Of a stretch of DNA of 64,000 nt, positions 18,101-28,079 are shown one piece after another. Both the position numbers and the translations under genes were made by a program. The notes below the pieces were generated by a model. It saw only the letters and a list, made by a program, of their open reading frames with translations, made no database searches and was not told the origin of the DNA. Numbering within the stretch: position 1 is the stretch's first letter; each line of letters begins with the position of its first letter. This stretch comes from Candidatus Daviesbacteria bacterium (GTDB lineage: Bacteria; Patescibacteriota; Microgenomatia; Daviesbacterales; UBA10151), in assembly GCA_021731695.1 (NCBI GenBank), contig JAKFWZ010000078.1, positions 25,073 to 89,072 of the forward strand, given 5' to 3'.

Positions 18101-18176
18101 TAAATATAAAAAAACCAACAAAAACTAATGAAGTTGTGATGAAAAATGTGTTGAACAAATGACTTATTTTTTGCAT
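15150..18176 (-). CDS. Giant surface protein with three LamG/concanavalin-like domains
   Basis: N-terminal TM helix. A LamG-like unit (NNHGTA..G...F.G..D....SL..WV......W.HLA.V.....G...FYVDG) recurs three times. Confidence 0.6.
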   Translation of the reverse strand: MQKISHLFNTFFITTSLVFVGFFIFNHIPIFDYLRVVQEVYAQYGGDDSPSGVQEDVGDGGDINEADNSYGGNGDKDGRTSGTGGSANSDDDPSNDTIYVYVDDPVITPTNPTSTYEVFGRVYIDDIPPPNGDAFYQDTEVSLDNQSISLWARQASGGYTFYAQQTTVPQNPGEPPTYRFSNVPGGYYLVVHDDAATGFHRTTPQGVYFALDIDTRVRFGLNPNSSSTAFVAAPGCQPNTENGQITLAWDPVTGATEYELSRSDIASPIYTGPNLSMTQTTPSVVNTGGQSYTYSLRRRVSGVWSAPITRTVLTIECAAPSPFTLSGPVGSCSGTSPLMKTTLSNSANATRYVISRKRIGLDSAPVDINSNILPFAGGTYDYFDDTYNPSFPLDPLDLTHNIEYSVEAINDFSGASRMSNTATPTLIKDCNKPNVSLLVDGRDELSFLPDVDSGNKVNLTWNVSHADVCTGTSAITNNPTAPGPDPNWNNLSVNPSLTGSILSQQFVNPPANSALYTLTCTNNNIGDVISTIPGTPVDITTGLAGYWALDEANWTGTAPQVPDSTANNNHGTAQGGVTTISAGKFGRAGSFDGSNDIISLGTGPSLQVQNHTLSTWVYLTAHYNTGVRIIFARSSNISNAGYEWGILSSGTGSSDQKLAYAYNDGGVRGWYTDTTSLNLNQWYHLAGVWNRAAGTVSFYVDGNLSSVQNTGTANITHIPGDTAQIGKQFNNGFFRGRLDDVRIYNKLLTGSEINVLKTSTINTTPDPLMVHWSMNEGSWNGTAGEVKDSGPNANHGTAANGANTVTTGRFANAGNFDGANDYVSANISGTSLSNTTVSFWFNAPSESGTKGIFQWANSLTSGGPFILVQNANNSLRFYVDGNYRATTAFPLNTWNHVAVTLSNSSTWSFYLNGALVGTYTGGVAVQANAATVYLGNGFNGYFNGRIDEFRLYNKALSGAEVNQLLTNLTSVHPLKTQFTTRNFFIKLKKPFLKTTGGDVHTNEFINIP

Positions 18177-18238
18177 CGGTAGTGAATATAAAGAATACCT
18201 GCAAAAATAGGTTTTATCAACTAAGGATTATGGGGATA

Positions 18239-19423
18239 TTAAAGTATTGAACTTATTTGTTCTGCAGAAATTCTACCTCTATGAACGAAATCGTTTACTA
18301 TTTCAAGCTCTCGACGCCTCTTCTCTTTAGGGTCTTTTAGTACAGCAGCATTGATCCAATCTTGGTAAATCGCTGCTATTCTTCCAGACTCTCCAACCTC
18401 TCCAACCCCAAGTCGAAGTTTTACACTACTGTAAATTCTCATCATGTCTCCTAGCACAAGATGAGAAAATGGGATTTCACCAAGAGGATTATCAATAGAA
18501 AAATAGCCCTGAACGTATTTTGGATTTTTGCCTTCGTTAAGTATTAATTGATCTCCTTTTTTTGAGAAAGCTCGAAGCAATTCAGTATGTAAATACAAAT
18601 TAAATACATCCTCTATTGTTCGACCCGAAGAACTGTCCTCTAGAAGCGCTCCTATTCCATTTAATGCGTAAACCACTTTTGGAAAATTATCAGATGTACC
18701 AATATGAGAGGCTAGCGGTCTACCAGAACTTGGTTGAGATGGATTTTTAGATTCCATTTCAGTCACAAAAACTCCTGTTTTATTAAGTGCTCGATTATTA
18801 TTATCGATTATGAAGTTTATAGTTGCTATTAAATGGGGATCGTTTAAGAAATAAATAGAATCAGATACCCTCTTGAGATGATCTCGCATTCTAAAGCTAT
18901 CCGCAGGCTGAGATTCTAATCTTCTGCCATTTGAAAGCTCGTAAATTTTAATTTTATCTATTCCCTGATGAACGGTATTAACCTCAGAAGGAGCTGTTTT
19001 ACTTAGCTCTGGGCGTGGTGCCGAAAGAATACTTGCGCTTAAATTAGGATCTGTTAAGGGTTTTTCTTCTATAACTTCAGTTGGCGGGATAGTTGGTTCA
19101 ATAATATCGGCAATGCCTGGTGCAGCACCCAATTCGTCAGAGAAGTCATGCTGCCTATCTGGTGCAGCGGCGATGTCGGCGTAAGTGCCTTTTAAATTTA
19201 ATTTTGAAGGATCTCTAAGGGAAATTCTGGCAATCTCAACTGCGCCTTCCGGGATCACAAAATCAACAGCAGGTTTAATAGAACTTGCAGCTCTTATGGT
19301 ATCTGTTGTCGCCTGAGCATTAACATCTCTGCTGTCCAAAAGCATGGCTGCCATGCCCAAACTACCAGCTAGTGGAGCTAATTTTCTAGTTACCCTTGTA
19401 AGAAAATCTCTTTCAGTTAACAT
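18239..19423 (-). CDS. Hypothetical protein
   Basis: 394-aa ORF with no recognised motifs. Confidence 0.4.
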   Translation of the reverse strand: MLTERDFLTRVTRKLAPLAGSLGMAAMLLDSRDVNAQATTDTIRAASSIKPAVDFVIPEGAVEIARISLRDPSKLNLKGTYADIAAAPDRQHDFSDELGAAPGIADIIEPTIPPTEVIEEKPLTDPNLSASILSAPRPELSKTAPSEVNTVHQGIDKIKIYELSNGRRLESQPADSFRMRDHLKRVSDSIYFLNDPHLIATINFIIDNNNRALNKTGVFVTEMESKNPSQPSSGRPLASHIGTSDNFPKVVYALNGIGALLEDSSSGRTIEDVFNLYLHTELLRAFSKKGDQLILNEGKNPKYVQGYFSIDNPLGEIPFSHLVLGDMMRIYSSVKLRLGVGEVGESGRIAAIYQDWINAAVLKDPKEKRRRELEIVNDFVHRGRISAEQISSIL

Positions 19424-19645
19424 TATTGTGTATTATCGCACACTATAAGTCCAAAATCAAATCTTTCGGGCTGAAATCGGCGTATTATTGAGAAAATTGG
19501 ACACAGAAAAGAAGTTGGAGCCTGAGAGTAATCTAATAAATAAGTCTTACTTAGTCTCATTTAGTGATTTATATCTAATGGCATTATACCACCGGCGTCA
19601 ATACTAAAAAAGCCTTAGTTATAAGATATTGCGCTTGGTACTGTT

Positions 19646-20158
19646 TTAAGGGGCTGTTGCTGAGGCGGATGCAGATTTAGGCGGCTGGTTTTTTAGGATT
19701 ACAACTGCGGTAGTCTGATATGTTTTTTGTTTTAACCCTTTTCGTGTAGTTAACTCTATTGTTTGTCCCTTTTGCAAATCTGAGGATGAAGCTGCAATGG
19801 TTTTATCCGCCTCTTTTATGCTAATTTTTGTCTTTGAATCTAGATAAAAAACTGATGGTATCCGTTTTCCCTTCAAATCTGTTGATAGCTGAATCATGTT
19901 TTGTTTATCAACTACTACATTTTCCAAATCCGTTACTTTTGCTTTAAGCGTGTAAACGAACCCGGCGCTTATTACAGCCGGATGATCCGGATCAATTGGC
20001 ACCAAATCATTTAAATTAGCAGATTTATCCGGGTTATTGGATTTTACCTGAGGGGAGGCTGTTTTTGGGGGATTACTGCCGTAAAAAAAGTAAATTCCGG
20101 CAAGAAAAGCAATAATAAGAACAACTAAAACCGCAAAAAAAAGCTTATTTCGGCTCAT
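19646..20158 (-). CDS. Small N-terminally anchored protein (family shared with 28868-30629)
   Basis: Signal-anchor MSRNKLFFAVLVVLIIAFLAGIYFF. Confidence 0.4.
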   Translation of the reverse strand: MSRNKLFFAVLVVLIIAFLAGIYFFYGSNPPKTASPQVKSNNPDKSANLNDLVPIDPDHPAVISAGFVYTLKAKVTDLENVVVDKQNMIQLSTDLKGKRIPSVFYLDSKTKISIKEADKTIAASSSDLQKGQTIELTTRKGLKQKTYQTTAVVILKNQPPKSASASATAP

Positions 20159-20215
20159 GATTTATTTTCTGCTTATTTATTCCTCAATGTCAAGTTATAT
20201 AATTGCACTAATAAA

Positions 20216-21415
20216 ATGTATTTTTATAAAGCCATTATTCTGGCTCTGCTATTTAGTATTCCGTTTGTTCCCATTCAACTAGACCCAATCATAAACTATC
20301 TAATTCATTTTTTAGCCATAATCCTTCTACCAATATTCCTGCCTCAACTTAAAAAAGACCTCCAGTCAAAAAATCTAATCACCATTTTTTTTATTGTTTT
20401 TCTGCTTTCCTCACTAATCTCCACATTTTTCTCCATTAACCCGGGAATAAGTCTTCGGATATTTTTTCTTTATCTATCTTATTTTGTGATATTTACCGCT
20501 TCAAAAAAGATTTTTAGCGAAAGATCTGATCAAAAACTTTTGGTAAGTTTATTAATACTGGCAACCTTATTTTTATCGCTTATATCCTTTTACAATACAG
20601 TTTTTCTAAACTACGTTAATAAAGATTTAATAGGATCAAGTTTTATGTGGCTTTATTATGGACACAACACACTGGCAAATCTGCTTCTTTATATAATCCC
20701 CTTATCGGTTTATTTCCTTCACTTAACATGGGAAAACTCTGTTAAAAGATATTTACTTTCCTTAATAACTGTTTTTTTGCTAATAAGCTTTTATTTGACA
20801 TTTGCCAGGGGAGCTTATCTGGCTCTTATCTTTTCCTTAATAATTACCATACTGCTATTCATAGATTTTTCTAAGAGCAATGTTAGATTGAGTTTAGTTA
20901 TTTTTTTATGGTTGTTAATGATCTCCTTCTTTTCCATAAATCTAATAGCATCAAATTTGAATTTGCATAAATCTGCTAATTTAATATCTGGTAGAGATAT
21001 CTACTGGCAGGAGGCTTTGAAAAATTTTCAGACAAAACCTTTAACCGGAACGGGTCTTAATACTTATAAAATTGTAAGCTTTAAGCAAACAAAAAAAGGT
21101 ATATTAAAAACCGACTCCGCTCATAACTTTTTCCTGCAAATGCTTTCTGATGGGGGAATATTGCTATTTTTATCGAGTATAGGATTAGTCGTAAGCTTAA
21201 TTATTTCAATCTTCAAAAAAATCAAACAAGTTTGTCGCTTCGCGATAAAAGAGCAAAAAAAAGATTATTTCTTACTATCGCTTTGGGTAGGATTTGTAAG
21301 TTCAATCTTGTATAATCTGGTGGATATTGGCTGGCAACTGCCTTTCTGTTTTCTCATTTTCTGGATAATCTCTGCCATTTTAATTCAAGATGAAAACCAT
21401 CTCAAACAAAGCTAA
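20216..21415 (+). CDS. O-antigen ligase/polymerase-family membrane protein
   Basis: About 10 TM segments and the Wzy_C-like loop YWQEALKNFQTKPLTGTGLNTY. Confidence 0.65.
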   Translation: MYFYKAIILALLFSIPFVPIQLDPIINYLIHFLAIILLPIFLPQLKKDLQSKNLITIFFIVFLLSSLISTFFSINPGISLRIFFLYLSYFVIFTASKKIFSERSDQKLLVSLLILATLFLSLISFYNTVFLNYVNKDLIGSSFMWLYYGHNTLANLLLYIIPLSVYFLHLTWENSVKRYLLSLITVFLLISFYLTFARGAYLALIFSLIITILLFIDFSKSNVRLSLVIFLWLLMISFFSINLIASNLNLHKSANLISGRDIYWQEALKNFQTKPLTGTGLNTYKIVSFKQTKKGILKTDSAHNFFLQMLSDGGILLFLSSIGLVVSLIISIFKKIKQVCRFAIKEQKKDYFLLSLWVGFVSSILYNLVDIGWQLPFCFLIFWIISAILIQDENHLKQS

Positions 21416-22379
21416 ATTTACAATTGTTATTCCAACAATCAGAGAAAATAATATTAATGAATTTCTCTCTAAGTGGCAGCATGAGTTCAAAGGTCAAGAC
21501 ATATTAATTATAGAAGACAACCCAACTAAAACTTTTAATCTCCCTAGTTGGGTAGCTCACTTTTCTTGGGAGGACATAGACAAAGAGTTAGGTAAAGATT
21601 CCTGGATAATCCCCAGAAGAGTTGCTGGCATCAGATCTTACGGCTTTTTAAAAGCCTGGCAAAAAAAATCTCAATATATTTTAACTTTAGATGATGACTG
21701 TCTTCCTGAAAAATATGAAGAAAAGTTTCTATCTCTAGTAGAAAAAGCTTTAGAAACAAAATGGGATTCAGATCAGTGGTGGAATACAGTTAAAGGCTTC
21801 TACCCTAGGGGTTACCCCTACAAAATTAGAAAACTAAAACAGGAAACTATTATTCATCATGGACTTTGGTCAAATATCCCAGACCTAGATGGCATCACCC
21901 AAAAACAAAATCCAAACTTAAGAACTGAGCCATTCGCTAAAGTTGAAAAAGTACCTTTTGGAAAGTTTTATTCAATGTGTTCAATGAACTTAAGCTTTAA
22001 AATAAAAGCTGTTCCCATGCTGTACTTTCTTTTAATGAGTGAAGATAGACAAGGGAATAAGTGGGAATATGATAGGTTTGATGATATCTGGGCGGGAATT
22101 TTTTCCAAAAAAATAGCAGACCACTTAGGGTTCGCTATCTCCTCAGGTGCCCCATCTGTTATTCATACCAGGGCATCAAATGTTGATACTAATATTCAAA
22201 AAGAAAAAAAGGGTATAGAGGTAAATGAATGGATATGGGAAAAAATTTCCAAAATCAAATTTCACTCAAATGATCTTAAAGGTTGTTATCTTGAGGTTGC
22301 AGAAGAGATAGAAAATATAAATCCATATTTCAAAAAATTATCACAGGCCATGAAGACCTGGATTAGTCTACTAAAATAA
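21390..22379 (+). CDS. GT-A glycosyltransferase, reversibly-glycosylated-polypeptide (GT75)-like
   Basis: Motif LTLDDDCLPE (DDD). N-terminus FTIVIPTIREN. Confidence 0.45.
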   Translation: MKTISNKAKFTIVIPTIRENNINEFLSKWQHEFKGQDILIIEDNPTKTFNLPSWVAHFSWEDIDKELGKDSWIIPRRVAGIRSYGFLKAWQKKSQYILTLDDDCLPEKYEEKFLSLVEKALETKWDSDQWWNTVKGFYPRGYPYKIRKLKQETIIHHGLWSNIPDLDGITQKQNPNLRTEPFAKVEKVPFGKFYSMCSMNLSFKIKAVPMLYFLLMSEDRQGNKWEYDRFDDIWAGIFSKKIADHLGFAISSGAPSVIHTRASNVDTNIQKEKKGIEVNEWIWEKISKIKFHSNDLKGCYLEVAEEIENINPYFKKLSQAMKTWISLLK

Positions 22380-23149
22380 TGAAAAAAAGATTTTTTAAAA
22401 CTAAGCAAATATTTGATATACCTGTTGCCAATACCTCACTTAAAGAAATAATACCTTTGATTAATACCCTAATTGAAACTTCTAATAAAAAAACTTTTTT
22501 TGGTTTGAACTCACATAATTTATCAGTAAGTCTAAAGAACAAAGGTTATAAGCAAGCCCTGCAAAAAGCAACTATGGTTTATCCTGAAGGGATAGGGACT
22601 ATTATAATTTCAAATATAGTGGGTAGCAAACTAAAGGGAAAAACCACTCTAATGGATTTTATTTATGAAATTTTGTCATCTGCCGAAAAAAATAAATGGT
22701 CAGTTTATTTGCTGGGAGGCAAACCTAATATCGCAAAAGAGGCTGTAGCTGAAATAAAAAAAAAATTTCCTAAAATTAAAATTTCAGGATCAGATCATGG
22801 CTATTTTAAACCCAATCAGGAAAGCAGTATTATTGGTAAAATCAATAAAACCAACACGGATATTCTATTCGTGGCGTTAGGGTCTCCAACCCAGGAACTA
22901 TGGATTGACAGAAATTTAGAAAAAATAAAAGCAAAAGCATTCTTTGGGATTGGGGGATCAATAGATCATCTGTCAGGCAAAATTCCCAGAGCTCCAGCAT
23001 GGATGCACAAGCATGGTTTGGAATGGATTTTTCGCTTAATCAAAGAACCAAAAAGATTATGGAGACGCTATTTATTGGAAAACTTCATTCTTTTAGGAAT
23101 AGTTATGAAAGAAGTTTTGAGTGATAATAATAATGAAGAGAGTTTTTGA
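22379..23149 (+). CDS. WecB/TagA/CpsF-family glycosyltransferase (GT26)
   Basis: Motif LLGGKPNIAKEA...ILFVALGSPTQELWI. Confidence 0.8.
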   Translation: MKKRFFKTKQIFDIPVANTSLKEIIPLINTLIETSNKKTFFGLNSHNLSVSLKNKGYKQALQKATMVYPEGIGTIIISNIVGSKLKGKTTLMDFIYEILSSAEKNKWSVYLLGGKPNIAKEAVAEIKKKFPKIKISGSDHGYFKPNQESSIIGKINKTNTDILFVALGSPTQELWIDRNLEKIKAKAFFGIGGSIDHLSGKIPRAPAWMHKHGLEWIFRLIKEPKRLWRRYLLENFILLGIVMKEVLSDNNNEESF

Positions 23150-23759
23150 TATTTCCATAAGTTTTTTGCTACTAATTTTTCTGATTCCCCTCTGGCTGAT
23201 TTTATTTCTAGTTTTAAAAATTTTTTCACCAGGACCCTTCATCTTTACTCAGCTGCGAATGGGCAAAAATAGCAAGCCCTTTAAAATTTATAAAATCAGG
23301 ACCATGATAAGGGACGCTGAGGAAAAAAAGAAGTCACTCCTGAAATTTAATGAAGTCCAAGCACCAGTTTTTAAAATTAAGAACGATCCAAGGTTCATTA
23401 AATTTGGCAAAGTCTTATCCAGTACCGGCCTTGATGAGTCTATTCAAGTATTGAATGTTTTAAAAGGGGAGATGTCCTTAGTTGGTCCTCGACCATTGCC
23501 TATTAGTGAAGCCAAAAAACTGCCTATTAAATATAAAAAACGCTTTTCCTCACTCCCAGGAATTACCTCAGAATGGGTGATTGAAGGGGCTCACCATATG
23601 AGCTTAAAGCAATGGATGAATTTAGATTTAGAATATGTTAAAAAGGGAAATATCTTTTTTGATTGTTACATTTTATTTGCAACTCTTGAAATAATCTCAA
23701 AAAAACTTATAAACTATGGAAAAGAAATTAATAAAAAACCCAGTCCCCCTAAAGATTAA
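23121..23759 (+). CDS. Undecaprenyl-phosphate sugar phosphotransferase (bacterial sugar transferase)
   Basis: Motifs RVFDISISFLLL and LNVLKGEMSLVGPRP. Confidence 0.8.
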   Translation: MIIIMKRVFDISISFLLLIFLIPLWLILFLVLKIFSPGPFIFTQLRMGKNSKPFKIYKIRTMIRDAEEKKKSLLKFNEVQAPVFKIKNDPRFIKFGKVLSSTGLDESIQVLNVLKGEMSLVGPRPLPISEAKKLPIKYKKRFSSLPGITSEWVIEGAHHMSLKQWMNLDLEYVKKGNIFFDCYILFATLEIISKKLINYGKEINKKPSPPKD

Positions 23760-25746
23760 AAACATTATTTTTATTATTGCTGACACCTTAAGGTTTAAAA
23801 GCACTGGCCTTAGTGGTCTCAACCCATCGCCAACCCCGTTTATAGATTATTTAGCCAGCATGGGTATCAATTTTACTAATGCTTATGCATCCATCACCTG
23901 CACAGATCCTTCTATCACATCTTTGATGAGTGGGAAATATCCCTTATCAATTGGTCTTGTAAACCATGCTAGATTTGTCACGGAAGAAGAAAAAAGCAAT
24001 ATTCATAATTTAGTTTTACTCCCAGAAATATTGAGTAAAAATGGATTTAAAACCATAGCTATAGATTGGGTAGGAAGATGGCATAAAAAAGGTTATCAAT
24101 TCTACTCAAATGGATTAAGCAGTTCTACAAGAAGCGACTTTATTATGGATAAAATTCCCTCACTAGCTATTTTAATGAGAAGTTTTGATAAAATTTCTCT
24201 GAGAACTTTAAACAGAGAATTTTTCATCAACGGTTATTATGCTTTTTACCCAAATCCCAAAATACCGTATGATCCCGCTGATAGAGTAGTTGATGAAGCT
24301 ATTATTAAGTTAAAAAAAAATGAAAAACAAAAAAAATTTATTTATCTTCACCTTTGGGATGCACATTGGCCACACACAAGGTCAACAGGATTGAGCTCTT
24401 ATTTAAAAAACTCTATTGAAGATACATATTTAGCTGAAGTTAGTTTTCTAGATCAGCAATTAGCTCGGCTATTCGCTTATCTAAAACAGTCTGATAAGTT
24501 GAGTGAAACTTTAATAATTTTTACAGCCGACCATGGAGAGAATTTTTACGAACATGATAACCCCCTAACTCATCAAAATTTATATGAGGATGTTGTAAAA
24601 ATTCCTTTAATTCTCTATCATCCCAATCTCAAGCAAAAAAAAACTTCTTCTTTAGTCCAACATACCGATATTTTCCCCACAATACTTGAATTTCTAAAGA
24701 TAAAGTTTAATCAAAAAATTGATGGAGTCAGTCTATTACCACTAATCAATTCCACCAAACAAAGTATTCATAAAGTCGTTTTTTTTGAAGATATAGTTTA
24801 TAGAAGAATAAAATTTAGCAATTTTGTTAAAAGAAGAAGGGGATTAAGAAACAAAAAATATAAATACATCGCCACCTATAAAGGCTCGGAAAAAGAGATA
24901 TATAAAATTAACCTCAGGGAAGACCAGAAAATTTATTCTGAAGAACTTTATGATCTGAGTAAAGATCCTTTAGAGCAATTAAATATAGCAAATATTAAGC
25001 CCAACATAATTAAATCATTAAGAAAAGATTTAACAAAAACTGTACTCCACCAAAATTTTAATAGAATAATAAATGATCCTCTAATCGGTTCAAAAGTTAA
25101 GAATTCAGTTTCAATTCTTAAACAGGCATTTAGAAAATATCCAAGCAAAAAACTAATCATAGCCTGGAAAGGAGGTAAAGATACCACAGTTATGATGCAT
25201 ATTATTCGTTGCATCTTTAAAGAGGAAATACCTATCAGGGTTTTTTTTAATGATACAACTTTGGAGTTTAAGGAGACGTATCAATTTATTGAAAAAATAA
25301 AAAAACTATGGAACCTTAATTTAGTAGTAATCAAACACGATAAAAAAGAACTTTTAGAGTACTACAAAACTAAAGATTTAAATAAAAAGAAAGAACTTTC
25401 CAGAATAATGAAAATTACAGTAATAAATAAAGCTCTTGAAAAATACAAATTAAAAGGTTTCTTGCTTGGGATAAGGAAAGATGAAAATCCAGCTAGGAAA
25501 AACGAAAAATACTTTTCAAAAAGAAAAAACCATATTAGAATCCATCCCTTACTTGATTGGACTGAATCAGACATCTGGTACTACACCCAAAATATGGGAG
25601 TCCCATACTCGGTACTTTATGATCAAGGATATCGTTCAGTTGGAGAACAACCCTTTACTTCTAAATCTTACTCAAATGAAAGATCTGGAAGAGAGCAAGA
25701 AAAAGAAGCATCAATGGGAAGACTCAGAAAACTCGGGTATTGGTAA
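23716..25746 (+). CDS. Fusion protein: sulfatase-family domain (degenerate FGly signature) plus PAPS-reductase/PP-loop domain
   Basis: N-terminal half has CTDPSITSLMSGKYP (sulfatase signature with R changed to I) and TADHGE. C-terminal half has IAWKGGKDTTVMMH, a PP-loop of the PAPS reductase family. Confidence 0.55.
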   Translation: MEKKLIKNPVPLKIKNIIFIIADTLRFKSTGLSGLNPSPTPFIDYLASMGINFTNAYASITCTDPSITSLMSGKYPLSIGLVNHARFVTEEEKSNIHNLVLLPEILSKNGFKTIAIDWVGRWHKKGYQFYSNGLSSSTRSDFIMDKIPSLAILMRSFDKISLRTLNREFFINGYYAFYPNPKIPYDPADRVVDEAIIKLKKNEKQKKFIYLHLWDAHWPHTRSTGLSSYLKNSIEDTYLAEVSFLDQQLARLFAYLKQSDKLSETLIIFTADHGENFYEHDNPLTHQNLYEDVVKIPLILYHPNLKQKKTSSLVQHTDIFPTILEFLKIKFNQKIDGVSLLPLINSTKQSIHKVVFFEDIVYRRIKFSNFVKRRRGLRNKKYKYIATYKGSEKEIYKINLREDQKIYSEELYDLSKDPLEQLNIANIKPNIIKSLRKDLTKTVLHQNFNRIINDPLIGSKVKNSVSILKQAFRKYPSKKLIIAWKGGKDTTVMMHIIRCIFKEEIPIRVFFNDTTLEFKETYQFIEKIKKLWNLNLVVIKHDKKELLEYYKTKDLNKKKELSRIMKITVINKALEKYKLKGFLLGIRKDENPARKNEKYFSKRKNHIRIHPLLDWTESDIWYYTQNMGVPYSVLYDQGYRSVGEQPFTSKSYSNERSGREQEKEASMGRLRKLGYW

Positions 25747-27214
25747 CTTTACTAGATCTCGATTTAGACAGGATATTTATTAGTAAACCGAGCATTAGAA
25801 AAAAAAGTATTCCAACTCTATCTCCAAATGATCTCATTGTCATAAGGCTGTTGAAAAAAAACGTTATATAAGACGCAAATAGAACAAGTGAAAGTTGCTT
25901 TTTCTCCTCAGGAACGAAGCGAATAAAATGCAATATAAAAAAGAAAGATGTCACTGAAAAAACGGACACTATCAATAGTCCAGTTAATCCTTGTTCTGTG
26001 GCAATTAGCAGCTGAAAGTTATGCACAGCAGCAAGAAATTTTGTTGAAGTATCTGACTCTGTAAAGTCATAATTTGCAAAATAATACAAAAACCCACCTC
26101 CGCCAACTCCCAACAAAGGATTACTTCTAATAATCTGAACAGATTGATCCACTAATTCTTCTCTAGTCAAAAGACTATTATCTTCCAAACTGAAGCTTAG
26201 AAATCGATTAGTTCCAAAGCCACTAATTACCATTACTGAAAAAATCAACACTATAGCCAAAAAGTCAATTTTTATCTCCTCAAAAATTTTTCTAATACTT
26301 ATGACTCCGTATCTCCAAAGTAAAAAAATTGTAGTCGCATAAGCAAAAATACAGCTCACTAAGCCCCATCTAGATAAAGCAATAAGTGAAGTAAAAATAC
26401 AAGCAAAAAATGCTAAGTGACCACCAGTCCTATACCATTTATTAGGTGATAAAAACGATAAAACAGCAATGGGTAAAAGAAGAGCTAAATAATTGGTCAA
26501 ATAATTAGGATGAGATAATGTACCGACAACTCTAAACGATGCATATTGAATAGGTCGATTAACTGCTTGATGAGCGTAATTTAAACGGTCGACGCTCTCT
26601 AAAGGTATTCCAATAACCCCACCATATATAAACTGAAAAAAAGAAATAATCCCTTCCAAGAAAATTGTTCCAAGTAAGCCAACTACAATAAAAGAGATTG
26701 CCTGTCTATTAAGGTTGAGCCGGGAGAACACAAAGTAAACTGATAAACTCAAAATAAATTTTAATAACCAAACTGAAGAAGCATCCAAATCAACCCCATT
26801 TAAAATAGAAATTTCCGAAATAATTAAAAAGAATAGTAGTACTAACTCAAAAAAGAAAAGCCTTATTTTTTGATGACTTAAATTGTATTGTCTCACCAAA
26901 AAAAAAGCTAAAAAAACCAGTAACAAGTTAGCAAATGATAAAAAAACAATTCCATATTGACTTTGACTTAAATTAATCTTTTGAGAGGATATGTTAGATA
27001 ATTGGATCTGAGAACTAGGAGCAATTGGTAAAAAAATAATAAATAAAAACAAAACAAGAGGTAGCAAGTTAACCTTATAAATTAAAAATCTTGATAAAAC
27101 TCTAGAAAATAACTTGTAGGACTTGCTTGAAATGGAATTTGTTAAAAAAGCATTGATAATAAAACTGGAATATTCATGGTCAATGGATAAACTTTTGGTT
27201 TTTTTAATTATCAT
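25724..27214 (-). CDS. Polytopic membrane protein, O-antigen ligase/polymerase-like
   Basis: At least 10 TM helices, in glycan-cluster context. Confidence 0.45.
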   Translation of the reverse strand: MIIKKTKSLSIDHEYSSFIINAFLTNSISSKSYKLFSRVLSRFLIYKVNLLPLVLFLFIIFLPIAPSSQIQLSNISSQKINLSQSQYGIVFLSFANLLLVFLAFFLVRQYNLSHQKIRLFFFELVLLFFLIISEISILNGVDLDASSVWLLKFILSLSVYFVFSRLNLNRQAISFIVVGLLGTIFLEGIISFFQFIYGGVIGIPLESVDRLNYAHQAVNRPIQYASFRVVGTLSHPNYLTNYLALLLPIAVLSFLSPNKWYRTGGHLAFFACIFTSLIALSRWGLVSCIFAYATTIFLLWRYGVISIRKIFEEIKIDFLAIVLIFSVMVISGFGTNRFLSFSLEDNSLLTREELVDQSVQIIRSNPLLGVGGGGFLYYFANYDFTESDTSTKFLAAVHNFQLLIATEQGLTGLLIVSVFSVTSFFFILHFIRFVPEEKKQLSLVLFASYITFFFNSLMTMRSFGDRVGILFFLMLGLLINILSKSRSSKVTNTRVF

Positions 27215-28050
27215 TTAACACCAACTATATAAGCCTCAGTAATCTTTGTCCCATTGCTCACAAAAGAAACTTTTTCGCCTATAATTATTGCCTGATCCTT
27301 TTTAAAAACGATGGTATTGCCAAATTTTTGAACTAGCATCTTAACTCTTAAAGTTATGTCAACTTTTTGAGGATCAGTAGTTAGAATCTTCTGTCCATTA
27401 GCATCATCCACTGTAATTTCAGCAGGTACTACTTTTTTTTCTAAAATCTCGACCCTTGCTTGTGGATTCTCTAGATTAGTCATAACGCCAGGTTTAATGC
27501 TATCTGCATACCATGGCCACTGACCATAAATCTTAAGTGCTACTTCAATAGGTTCAAACTTTTCCTCAGTACTACTATCTTCTCTAATTTCAGAAATAGT
27601 TCCATTAATTTGTCCATTAGTCAGCCTTAGCTCAATAGGGGAACCAACTTTAATTATTTTATTTTTATATTCATATTCACCAGTTCTGGAATTAATCTTT
27701 GTTTTAAGCTTTAACTGAACCCTAATATCTTTATTAGAAGTTGGTCCATTAGTTGCATTAACAGAAGATTGTAAATTGCTATAAGTAATTACATCTGAAA
27801 CTTCAGCTATAGTCTCCCCAGTTGGACTTTTCTCAATATCTCCCTCTTTTACAGAATAAGCTCTAAATACTGGAATATTTGCGTCCATCACCTCAACATT
27901 TATCCATTTTTCTTCAGGATTCAGAAACTTATATAATATAAACCCACCCAAAATAACTATGATAATAATCAAATAATCCAGCAGCTTTAGTTTTCTAAGT
28001 AGGGAAGTGAGTTTCATCAAGTGTAAACCTATCTTAAATAGATTTCCCAA
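27211..28050 (-). CDS. N-terminally anchored hypothetical protein
   Basis: One TM helix then a soluble domain. The gene overlaps the upstream gene by 4 nt. Confidence 0.4.
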   Translation of the reverse strand: MGNLFKIGLHLMKLTSLLRKLKLLDYLIIIIVILGGFILYKFLNPEEKWINVEVMDANIPVFRAYSVKEGDIEKSPTGETIAEVSDVITYSNLQSSVNATNGPTSNKDIRVQLKLKTKINSRTGEYEYKNKIIKVGSPIELRLTNGQINGTISEIREDSSTEEKFEPIEVALKIYGQWPWYADSIKPGVMTNLENPQARVEILEKKVVPAEITVDDANGQKILTTDPQKVDITLRVKMLVQKFGNTIVFKKDQAIIIGEKVSFVSNGTKITEAYIVGVK

Positions 28051-28079
28051 AAAGTCAACTTATCTGTTAAAATCACAAA

